Assembly (NCBI GenBank): GCA_050633245.1
Contig: JBOEGD010000004.1
Coordinates: forward strand, 141,866 to 205,865
Source of the DNA: Calditrichia bacterium
GTDB taxonomy: Bacteria > Calditrichota > Calditrichia > RBG-13-44-9 > J075
Reading direction: 5' to 3'
Length of the DNA: 64,000 nucleotides
The first letter of the stretch is position 1; each line of letters opens with the position of its first letter. Of this stretch, positions 16,828 through 25,504 are shown in pieces. Made by a program: the position numbers and the translations under genes. The notes beneath the pieces were generated by a model. That model ran no database searches and was not told the DNA's origin. It was given only the letters and a program-made list of their open reading frames with translations.

Positions 16828-18286
16828 CTACCAGGCCCCATTCTTTCAGCCTGTATTGCAACCATCTTCTGGAAACACCCAACAAATCCGCAGCTTTGGT
16901 CCGATTGTCGTCGGTGATCTCGAGAGTTTTAAGAATAACATGCTTTTCAATTTCTTTCAGCGGTTTACCGATAAGCGTATTCATTTTTTGCGGGCGGTTT
17001 AATTGAAAAGATTCTCCACCTACTTTTTGATTCTTTGTTAAAATAACGGCGCGTTCCATCGCATTCTCCAGCTCACGAATATTGCCCGGCCAGTGATAGC
17101 CCTTCAGGCTTTGTATGGCATCGGCAGTTAATTTTAGCGATTTGTTCGCACGTGCTTGAAACTTCTTCAGGAAATGCTCAGCCAGTAAAGGAATGTCGCT
17201 TGGGCGTTCGCGCAGTGGAGGGATTTTTAAAGAAATAACGTTCAATCGATAGAATAAATCTTCGCGAAACCGACCCGCTTGGGATTCTTCCCAAAGATCC
17301 TTATTCGTCGCAGAAAGAATTCGCACATCAACCTTACGCATTGAGTTTTCGCCAACGCGTTTGATTTCACCTTCTTGCAAAACACGCAAAAGTTTGGTTT
17401 GAACGGTTGGACTGATGTCGGCAATTTCATCAAGAAATAGCGTGCCGCCATCAGCTTCCTCAAATAGACCGGGCTTGTCTTCACTTGCCCCGGTAAAGGA
17501 GCCCTTTTTATGTCCAAAGAGTTCACTTTCTAGCAAGTTTTCGCTCAGGTTTCCGCAAAAGAGCGGTATGAATAGCTTCTCATTTCGCAGCGAGTTGTTG
17601 TGTATCGCTCTGGCAACCAGTTCCTTCCCGGTGCCACTTTCTCCTTCAATTAAGACTGACACATTTGATTCGGCAACATCCTGAATGGTAGACAAAACAG
17701 TCTTAATTCCAGCACTCTTGCCAACGATATCCGGTGCGATAGTGGTGCTGGCAATATCGCGACGTAGTTGCTTGTTTTCTGTCGATAACCGCTCGAACTC
17801 CGCAGCATTGCTTAATGCAATGGCTGCTTGTCTGGCAAAGGCCTGCAGAAACAGAAGATTTTCCTGATTGAACTTTCCGGCTCCGGAGCGCGAGTCCATA
17901 TAAATGGCACCAATAAGCGAAGTATTGCTGACAATGGGAGTGCACATTACGGAGCGAATATTGTGAAGCATGATGCTCGCCGCTCCAGAGAAGCGTTGAT
18001 CTTCCTGCGCATCAACGGCCAGCAGTGGCTCTCCCTCTGCGAGCACTTTATTGACAACACTGCTAGACAGATCGCGAATAGAGGCAATAATGTCGCTGCT
18101 TATATTGCGTGCCGTTACAGCCTTAAACTCGCTTTCGCCTGTCGACTTTAACAGCAGGAATCCACGTTCAGCCTCCACTGCACCCATTGCCATATCCATT
18201 ATCCGATCTAAAAGTAGATCAGAGGCCAGCACAGAATTCAATTCCTCGCCGATTGAAAGTAATGCGTCGTATGTATTTGTTGGCAT
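16817..18286 (-). CDS. GAF-domain sigma54-dependent transcriptional activator (Fis-type HTH)
   Basis: N-terminal GAF; GESGTGKE, ELFGHKKGSFTGA, LFLDEI, WPGNIRELEN; NRTKAADLLGVSRRWLQYRLK. Confidence 0.92.
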   Translation of the reverse strand: MPTNTYDALLSIGEELNSVLASDLLLDRIMDMAMGAVEAERGFLLLKSTGESEFKAVTARNISSDIIASIRDLSSSVVNKVLAEGEPLLAVDAQEDQRFSGAASIMLHNIRSVMCTPIVSNTSLIGAIYMDSRSGAGKFNQENLLFLQAFARQAAIALSNAAEFERLSTENKQLRRDIASTTIAPDIVGKSAGIKTVLSTIQDVAESNVSVLIEGESGTGKELVARAIHNNSLRNEKLFIPLFCGNLSENLLESELFGHKKGSFTGASEDKPGLFEEADGGTLFLDEIADISPTVQTKLLRVLQEGEIKRVGENSMRKVDVRILSATNKDLWEESQAGRFREDLFYRLNVISLKIPPLRERPSDIPLLAEHFLKKFQARANKSLKLTADAIQSLKGYHWPGNIRELENAMERAVILTKNQKVGGESFQLNRPQKMNTLIGKPLKEIEKHVILKTLEITDDNRTKAADLLGVSRRWLQYRLKEWGLVDED

Positions 18287-18296
18287 GTAGTATCCG

Positions 18297-19556
18297 CTAT
18301 TTTACGTATATCAGTCTGGTTATTGCCGAGCTGAAATCGCCTTTAAAGACTGCAAAATAGAGCCCGGACGGGTTTTCTGAATTATCTGAACTGGTATTCC
18401 AAAGAACTGTAGACTTACCTGCAGGAAAGACCTCATTTGCAAGGGTGGTCACCAGTCGACCGGCAACATCAAAGATTTTCAGAGTGGCTTTCTGTCGTCG
18501 CTGCAAATTAATTTCGAGTGTGGCCTGACCATTGAATGGATTTGGATAAGCTCGCAGCAGAGAAAAACCTTCGATAATTTCCGTTCTGTCTTCTATACCG
18601 GTTTTAATAGACTGAAATACTTCAACCCGGTTCAACGGTTGGAGCGGGTCGGCGCTATAGCCGCCGATTATATAAGGCCGCCCCATAATGGTCGCTCCAC
18701 TTGCACCAATTCTGCCGGAAGTTAAGGCGGTGCCTTCTTCGATCTCTCCCGAGGTCTTGTTATAAATCTCGACTCTGTCGCTGGGGCCGCTTGTGGTAAC
18801 TCCACCCATCATAAAAATACTATCGCCAACTACCGCCGTCGCCCCATTTCCGCGACTACCGAGCAGCTGCGGTAGCGGAGAGAATAGCAGGCTGTCTGCA
18901 GAAGTGATTGCGCTGAATCCACTTCTTATTGGAAGGACAAAGATGCCTCCCATAACAAAAGTTGTGTTGCCTATCGTTGCACTGAACGGGGCTGCTCTAG
19001 GGGATGCAACAACACCGCTGGATACTTGCCAAAAACCACCACCGGTTTGTAAGTATTCGATGCTATTGAGATAATCTTCATTTGAGCCAATTCCGGCGAA
19101 GATAAAAAGCGACCCGGAAATTACGCTGGCCACATGCCCCTCTCTAATACTTGCCAGCATGTTACTGGTTCGCCAGTTGTCAGAAACAGGATTATATATT
19201 TCAATACTGTTGAGCACATTACCGGTTGAGTCACGTCCACCAATTAAATAGAATTCGTCTTCGAAAAGTGTTGCGCTTGCGTTAACCCGAGGCGTTTTAA
19301 ATGTCGGGATGGCCGTTGTGTCCCAGCTGTTCTCAATAGGGCTATAAACTTCAACAGACTTTAAGGTTTCTCCGCTTTCGGAATTTCCACCGAAAATGTA
19401 GATTTTGTCCTGATATGAAATCGCCGATGCGCCATGTCGCGCCAGGTTCAACGTAGCTACTTCAAACCAGTCGCCCTGCTTATTCGTCTCTTGCGCATGT
19501 GCATGTAGAATGCCCATCAGCACAGCGAACAACAATATGTAGCGGAAACAGGTCAT
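18297..19556 (-). CDS. Secreted Kelch-repeat protein with T9SS-type C-terminal domain
   Basis: Six Kelch repeats (IYIFGG, FYLIGG, IFMMGG etc.); AYPNPFN tail; signal peptide from ATG 19556. Confidence 0.85.
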   Translation of the reverse strand: MTCFRYILLFAVLMGILHAHAQETNKQGDWFEVATLNLARHGASAISYQDKIYIFGGNSESGETLKSVEVYSPIENSWDTTAIPTFKTPRVNASATLFEDEFYLIGGRDSTGNVLNSIEIYNPVSDNWRTSNMLASIREGHVASVISGSLFIFAGIGSNEDYLNSIEYLQTGGGFWQVSSGVVASPRAAPFSATIGNTTFVMGGIFVLPIRSGFSAITSADSLLFSPLPQLLGSRGNGATAVVGDSIFMMGGVTTSGPSDRVEIYNKTSGEIEEGTALTSGRIGASGATIMGRPYIIGGYSADPLQPLNRVEVFQSIKTGIEDRTEIIEGFSLLRAYPNPFNGQATLEINLQRRQKATLKIFDVAGRLVTTLANEVFPAGKSTVLWNTSSDNSENPSGLYFAVFKGDFSSAITRLIYVK

Positions 19557-19569
19557 AGTTTCAGGAACC

Positions 19570-20550
19570 TTAGTTTTGTAAAATCGAAAAAGCTGCCGGC
19601 TTTGAGCGACTGCTATTGCCAAATTCATCCACAATATATAGCACCCAAAATAGAGGTTTTTCCTCGGGCAACTGTGGATCGATAGGTGTCGAATATGTAT
19701 AACGGGTTGTGCCGGGACGAAATCCATCGATTTCTACGAGAAGTAGAGTCGTGTCGATCTGGATTTCATAGATTTCAATTTTATAAGTAAAATCTACAAG
19801 TTGCGTTACAAGTTCCCACTCCATGACAAATGGAATAGTCACCACATCGTCTGCTATAGGGCGGCTTGTAACGGGTGTTGTGTCAATTATCCGGCTAATA
19901 AATTTGTCTTCTGATGCGGTTATACTGCCTTCTGAATCTTCTATAAAAAAGGTGAACGGTTTGCCGATCAAGCGCCTGATCGAGCTAATACCAATGTCAG
20001 TCGCCTCGAGCCGACCGAGGTAGAGATTCGACTGCAGAGAATCTTCCGTCAATGTATCAGCAAAAGCGAACGATGGCAGCTCATACCAACCGGTTAGCTG
20101 ACCTCCGGTTTGATCGGGGTCAATGCCCTGAAGTTCTACATCAATATAGAACTCATCTTCGGCAGGAAAAAAGCGTGAAACATGTCTTGTTAAAAGAGAG
20201 GCGCTCGCAAGTTGGGGAAGCGCATTTAGCTCGAACTCTATCGAGATCCCCTTGGTGAGATCGACAGACTGCTCAGTTGGAGCAAAACCTTCTGCCTCAC
20301 AAGAAATCGTATACGAACCGGATTGAATATTTTGTATCGCGAAGAAACCATTGTTATCGGTAATGGTTCCGACATTGGAGGGAGTTAAACTGATAAGCGC
20401 ACCTGACACGGGATTTTTACCGATTGAGGTTAATACTTGACCTGTAATGGAAAATCCATCTTTTGAATCGAAGGGATTCTCACGCGGTGCATCAGAGAAA
20501 CAGCCAGCCATAAGCAGGCAAAATGCAATATTTGCAACGCGTTTAAGCAA
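19570..20550 (-). CDS. Lipoprotein with carboxypeptidase-regulatory-like (transthyretin-fold) domain
   Basis: Lipobox MAGC then DAPRENPFD; ITGQV...PVSGALI...TDNNGFF...GSYTI; TTG start at 20550 after ggggga (start uncertain). Confidence 0.65.
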   Translation of the reverse strand: MLKRVANIAFCLLMAGCFSDAPRENPFDSKDGFSITGQVLTSIGKNPVSGALISLTPSNVGTITDNNGFFAIQNIQSGSYTISCEAEGFAPTEQSVDLTKGISIEFELNALPQLASASLLTRHVSRFFPAEDEFYIDVELQGIDPDQTGGQLTGWYELPSFAFADTLTEDSLQSNLYLGRLEATDIGISSIRRLIGKPFTFFIEDSEGSITASEDKFISRIIDTTPVTSRPIADDVVTIPFVMEWELVTQLVDFTYKIEIYEIQIDTTLLLVEIDGFRPGTTRYTYSTPIDPQLPEEKPLFWVLYIVDEFGNSSRSKPAAFSILQN

Positions 20551-20661
20551 GCGACATCCCCCAACTCGGCCGACGATAAGAAAAGACAAAGACTACTATG
20601 TTGATACGCGGTAGATAAGTAAAAAAGAATCGATATTTAAAATTCTCATTGTTCCTGAAAT

Positions 20662-20690
20662 AATATAAAGCTGTCTTGGCAATGTTACAA
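20662..20690 (-). promoter_or_regulatory. Putative sigma70-type promoter of the lipoprotein-Kelch-bEBP-kinase operon
   Basis: TTGTAA-17 bp-TATATT on the minus strand. Confidence 0.45.
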
Positions 20691-20731
20691 TAGAAAATGA
20701 GTGCGTGGTTTAACAGAAGAAAGCGCTAAGT

Positions 20732-20773
20732 AAAAGAAAAACAACCCCGCCTCGGAGAATCGGGGAGGGGTTG
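20732..20773 (-). terminator. Intrinsic terminator after acs
   Basis: caacccc...ggggttg hairpin followed on the minus strand by tttttctttt. Confidence 0.7.
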
Positions 20774-20795
20774 CAAGACCAGATAGAAGCGGATG

Positions 20796-22724
20796 TTATT
20801 TTTTACGTTCATCCATAAGTTTTTCTACCACGGTTGGATCGGCAAGAGTGGAAATGTCTCCGACATTATCGAGGTCACCCTCCGCAATTTTTCGCAGAAT
20901 ACGACGCATAATTTTGCCCGAGCGCGTTTTTGGCAGACCCGGTGTAAAATGAATTTTATCGGGCGTCGCGTGTGGTCCAATTACTGCACGGACGGATTTC
21001 TTAATATCTGCTTCAATTTGATCGCTTGAGTCTATACCGGTCATTAATGTAACGTATGCATAGATGCCTTGCCCCTTAATGTCGTGCGGGTAGCCTACCA
21101 CAGCGGCCTCAGCAACGCCGTCTGCCTTTCCAATCGCCCCCTCAACTTCAGCACTGCCAATACGGTGTCCGGAAACATTCATGACATCATCAACGCGACC
21201 GGTAATCCAATAATAGCCGTCTTCATCACGCCGAGCGCCGTCTCCTGCAAAGTAATAGCCGGGAAATCGATCGAAGTAGGTTTGGCGAAACCGCTCATGA
21301 TCGCCGTAGATTGTACGCATTAGTGAGGGCCACGGGGTTTTAATGCAAAGATAACCCGATGTTGCCCCTTCCTTTTCATTTCCATTCTCATCCAGTAATA
21401 CCGGTTCAATTCCGAAGAAGGGAAGCGTGGCGGAACCGGGTTTTGTGGGCGTCGCGCCGGGGAGTGGTGTAAGTAAAACGCCACCGGTCTCAGTTTGCCA
21501 CCAGGTATCTATGATTGGGCAACGATCTTTGCCAACAACGTCTTTATACCACATCCATTCTGGCTCTTTGATTGGCTCGCCAACTGTGCCAAGTAACTTT
21601 AAAGAGGAAAGGTCGTGCTGGTTTGGCCATTTATCGCCCTCCTTCATTAGTGCTCGAATTGCGGTTGGGGCAGTGTAAAACTGGTTCACTTTATGCTTTT
21701 CACAGATTGCCCAAAATCGCCCAAAGTCGGGGTAATTTGGTACGCCTTCGAACATCATCGTTGTGGCGCGGTTTATCATTGGGCCGTAAATAATATAGGA
21801 ATGACCTGTGATCCAGCCGATGTCAGCTGTGCACCAATAGATATCATCTTCCTTATAATCAAAAATCATTTTGTGGGTGAACGAGGTGTAGAGAGCATAG
21901 CCGCCCTGAGTGTGAACCACGCCTTTGGGTTTACCGGTCGAGCCGGATGTATAAAGTACAAAAAGTGGGTCTTCTGCGTCGAGTTCTACTGCCGGACATT
22001 CCGAATTTGCTGAAGCCATTTCCTCATGCCACCAACAGTCGCGTCCACTGTCCATATTTACTTCATTGCCGGTTCGTTGCACAACAACGATCGTTTCAAT
22101 CGAAGGGCAGTCCTTAACTGCGACATCGGCGTTGGCCTTCATCGGAATGTCTTGTTTTGCGCCGCGCACCGCGGTGTCTTGAGTAACGAGCAATTTGCAG
22201 GATGAATCGTTAATGCGGTCGATTAGCGAATCTGCACTAAATGCTCCAAACACAATTGAATGGACTGCCCCAATTCGTGCACAGGCCATCATGGCGAAGG
22301 ACAATTGCGGAATCATCTGCATATAAATGCAAACGCGATCGCCCTTTTGTATGCCTTTGGCCTTCAAAACATTAGCGAATTTTGAAACCTCTTCCAAAAC
22401 TTCAGCATAGGTAAAAGACTTGGAGTCGTTTGGGTCATTGCCTTCCCAGATAATCGCGGTCTTTCCGCCGTGCCCGGATTTTATATGTCGATCTAAACAG
22501 TTGTAGGTAAGATTGATCTTGCCACCCTTAAACCAGGAGATGTTCGCTTTTACGAAGTCATATTCGCGAACCGTATCCCATTTTTTGAACCAGTGAAGCT
22601 CATCGGCTTTTTCGGCCCAGAAAGCTTCCGGATCGGCGATCGATTTTTCGTATATTTTGCGATACTGCGCCAGCGATTTAACATACGCTTTATTGGCAAA
22701 GTCTGGATTGGGCTGATACTTCAT
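20796..22724 (-). CDS. acs: Acetate--CoA ligase (acetyl-CoA synthetase)
   Basis: LYTSGSTGKPKG, DTWWQTETGG, GRVDDVMNVSGHR, PKTRSGKIMRR. Confidence 0.96.
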   Translation of the reverse strand: MKYQPNPDFANKAYVKSLAQYRKIYEKSIADPEAFWAEKADELHWFKKWDTVREYDFVKANISWFKGGKINLTYNCLDRHIKSGHGGKTAIIWEGNDPNDSKSFTYAEVLEEVSKFANVLKAKGIQKGDRVCIYMQMIPQLSFAMMACARIGAVHSIVFGAFSADSLIDRINDSSCKLLVTQDTAVRGAKQDIPMKANADVAVKDCPSIETIVVVQRTGNEVNMDSGRDCWWHEEMASANSECPAVELDAEDPLFVLYTSGSTGKPKGVVHTQGGYALYTSFTHKMIFDYKEDDIYWCTADIGWITGHSYIIYGPMINRATTMMFEGVPNYPDFGRFWAICEKHKVNQFYTAPTAIRALMKEGDKWPNQHDLSSLKLLGTVGEPIKEPEWMWYKDVVGKDRCPIIDTWWQTETGGVLLTPLPGATPTKPGSATLPFFGIEPVLLDENGNEKEGATSGYLCIKTPWPSLMRTIYGDHERFRQTYFDRFPGYYFAGDGARRDEDGYYWITGRVDDVMNVSGHRIGSAEVEGAIGKADGVAEAAVVGYPHDIKGQGIYAYVTLMTGIDSSDQIEADIKKSVRAVIGPHATPDKIHFTPGLPKTRSGKIMRRILRKIAEGDLDNVGDISTLADPTVVEKLMDERKK

Positions 22725-22996
22725 GCAAGTCCTCCTTAATTGGCAAGTGACACTAACGATAGAATTTCAGTAGAAATATTTGTAGAGCTCTCAAGCAGTA
22801 TATGGAGATGAATCGACATCACGAGCATATAAGTGATGGCATAGTTTAAGAGCTATATGGTTTGTGTGAGTATTTTGCTCCACATATTGGGAAATCGTTT
22901 TTTTTATATCCCCGGAGATCAGTTGCAAAGTAGACAACCGTACAGTGTAACAAATACTGTCGCTTAGTGTAAATGAGGAATGAAATAAAGTCAAGA

Positions 22997-23027
22997 GAAA
23001 TTCGGGCAGGATAAGGGCCCGAATTTC
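22997..23027 (-). terminator. Hairpin/terminator after the symporter gene
   Basis: gaaattcgggc...gcccgaatttc. Confidence 0.6.
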
Positions 23028-23042
23028 GATGGCTGTTAAATA

Positions 23043-24827
23043 TTAGTGCAGATCAGCTGCCGAGCCAGCACCCCTCGGAATGCGGATGTTCTCGATCAAC
23101 TCCTGAATTTCTTTTGGTGGTGCCGGAGTAAGACGGGAAACCGTTAGCGTTACAGCCACGTTCAGGAGCATGCCAATTGTACCGATACCCTCGGGTGAAA
23201 TTCGAAACAGCCAGTTATCCGGAGTATTGGCTTCCGGACTAATAAACTTAAAGTAGATGATGTATGCGGCCGTGAAGATGATACCTGTTAGCATGCCGCT
23301 CAATGCGCCTTCTTTATTGACGCGCTTGCTGAATATGCCCAGAATTATAGCTGGAAAAAAAGAGGCTGCTGCCAAACCGAAGGCAAAGGCCACGACTTGC
23401 GCTACAAACCCGAGAGGGTAAATGCCAAACAAACCGGCAATGATTACCGCGCCACCTGCAGCAATTCGTGCATACCGCAACTCCTGTTTGTCTGTAATAT
23501 CTTTTGCGATGGTTTTGCGAATGAGGTCGTGTGCCACGGATGTTGATATTACAAGTAATAGTCCTGCTGCAGTAGATAAGGCTGCCGCCAAACCTCCTGC
23601 CGCCACCAATGCGACCACCCAGTTTGGTAAGCCGGCGATTTCCGGGTTCGCCAAAACCATAATATCCCTATCTATATAGAGCTCATTCGAGTTCGTGGTT
23701 AGTTTATTCTCGACTAATAATTGCCCCATAGTGCCTTTTTTACCGGAATAAACGGGTTTGCCACGCTCAAGTGCATTGCCGGGAGCATAGTCGATTCGTC
23801 CGTCTTCATTCTTGTCTACCCAGGCAATTAATTCGGTGTTTTCCCAATTTTTAAACCAGGTTGGGGCAGATGAATATTCTTCTTCATGGAGTGTTTGTAT
23901 CATATTGGTGCGTGCGAAAGCCGCTACTGCCGGTGCAGTTGTATAGAGCAATGCGATAAAGAGAAGCGCCCAACCTGCTGAGCTACGTGCGTCGCGAACC
24001 CGTGGCACAGTGAAGAAACGAATGATTACGTGCGGTAATCCTGCTGTGCCAACCATCAATGCAATGGTGATCATAAGAATATCGATCATTTCCTTGGCAC
24101 CCCGGCCGGTATAAGCGGTAAAGCCGAGATCTTTATTTAAACCATCCAGCTTATCCAGCAAGTATCCGCCTCCGAATACCTCCTTCAGCTCGCTGCCAAA
24201 ACCGAGTTGAGGAACCGGATTTCCGGTAAGCAGAATCGATATGAATATTGCCGGTATCAGATAGGCTACAATTAGTACGCAATACTGAGCCACCTGCGTG
24301 TAGGTAATTCCCTTCATGCCGCCAAGAGTCGCATAAAAAAAGACGATAACCATCCCAATGGCGACGCCCATATCTACCGGCACTTCCAGGAAACGTGAAA
24401 ATACGATGCCTACACCGCGCATCTGACCTGCCACATAGGTGAAGGAAACGAAAATGGCGCAAACAACGGCAATGATGCGCGCAGTATCAGAATAGTAGCG
24501 TTCAGCGACAAAGTCCGGAACTGTAAATTTACCAAATTTTCTGAGATAGGGCGCCAGAAGCATAGCAAGAAGTACATAACCTCCGGTCCAGCCCATTAGA
24601 TACATTGCGCCATCCCGGCCCATAAATGAAATAATGCCTGCCATAGAAATAAATGATGCTGCTGACATCCAGTCTGCAGCTGTGGCCATGCCGTTGGCAA
24701 TCGGATGTACTGATTTCGCAGCAACGTAGAAGTCGCCTGTGGTCCGGGCGCGCGACCAAATTGCAATTCCAATGTAAAGTGCAAAGGTCAGCCCAACTAA
24801 CAGCCATGTCCATTCCTGAATACTCAT
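23043..24827 (-). CDS. Sodium:solute symporter, ActP-like cation/acetate symporter
   Basis: NGMATAADWMSAASF, GGMKGITYTQVAQY, GTAGLPHVIIRFFT; adjacent to acs. Confidence 0.9.
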   Translation of the reverse strand: MSIQEWTWLLVGLTFALYIGIAIWSRARTTGDFYVAAKSVHPIANGMATAADWMSAASFISMAGIISFMGRDGAMYLMGWTGGYVLLAMLLAPYLRKFGKFTVPDFVAERYYSDTARIIAVVCAIFVSFTYVAGQMRGVGIVFSRFLEVPVDMGVAIGMVIVFFYATLGGMKGITYTQVAQYCVLIVAYLIPAIFISILLTGNPVPQLGFGSELKEVFGGGYLLDKLDGLNKDLGFTAYTGRGAKEMIDILMITIALMVGTAGLPHVIIRFFTVPRVRDARSSAGWALLFIALLYTTAPAVAAFARTNMIQTLHEEEYSSAPTWFKNWENTELIAWVDKNEDGRIDYAPGNALERGKPVYSGKKGTMGQLLVENKLTTNSNELYIDRDIMVLANPEIAGLPNWVVALVAAGGLAAALSTAAGLLLVISTSVAHDLIRKTIAKDITDKQELRYARIAAGGAVIIAGLFGIYPLGFVAQVVAFAFGLAAASFFPAIILGIFSKRVNKEGALSGMLTGIIFTAAYIIYFKFISPEANTPDNWLFRISPEGIGTIGMLLNVAVTLTVSRLTPAPPKEIQELIENIRIPRGAGSAADLH

Positions 24828-24875
24828 GTATTATCCTCCGAAAGAATAGTCGTATATCCCGATTCAATTGTCACA

Positions 24876-25133
24876 TTAGTCTTCTGCTACACCGTATTTT
24901 GCGTCAAGATTATTCATAAGGCGGACATAGACGAATATTAAAATAACGAAGACAATTACCGATCCTTGTTGAGCAATCCAGAAACCAAGCTTAAAGCCGA
25001 AGAACTGGAACTTGTCCAGCTCATCAACCAGTAGAATGCCACATACTGCGGACACTAAAAACCAAATTGATAAAAGTATACCCACATAGCCCAGATTTTT
25101 CTTCCAATAGTCATTTAAATTTTTAGATGACAT
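24876..25133 (-). CDS. DUF4212-family small membrane partner of the symporter
   Basis: YWKKN...LGFWIAQQGS...MNNLDAKYG; ggagg RBS before ATG 25133. Confidence 0.85.
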   Translation of the reverse strand: MSSKNLNDYWKKNLGYVGILLSIWFLVSAVCGILLVDELDKFQFFGFKLGFWIAQQGSVIVFVILIFVYVRLMNNLDAKYGVAED

Positions 25134-25504
25134 GATGCACCTCCAACTCACGCTATGGCGTGATTTATGATATACCGAGAGATGTAAATGATCTTAGTTT
25201 AATACAAATGCAGAAGATATTGCCTGCGAATGATGCTTTATTAAAGCGTTTAGGCAGAATGCAGCAAACGTACGAAAACTCAATGAAACAGGCAATAGCG
25301 CGATCTCGCATGCGCCTTATTGCCGCAATTCAGATGTTTGCAGGACCCGTATTTTTTACTTTTCACTTGATAAATGCGGGTCATATTCCTCATTATACAA
25401 TGCTATATTGAAATCTACCTTTTACACCAGTTGAAACCTGTTTGTTACGATAGTAAAGAGAGAATGGTTTTGTTGGCTGTCAAGAGGCTAATCAGGAGTA
25501 TGAA

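Noticed and set aside
16817-18286. Calling the GAF-bEBP nifA
   Set aside because: The architecture is shared by many activators and there are no nif genes in the window
25160-25411. 83-aa ORF and ggcaata...tattgcc hairpin in the divergent intergenic region
   Set aside because: No family motif; the hairpin does not match any riboswitch I can recognise
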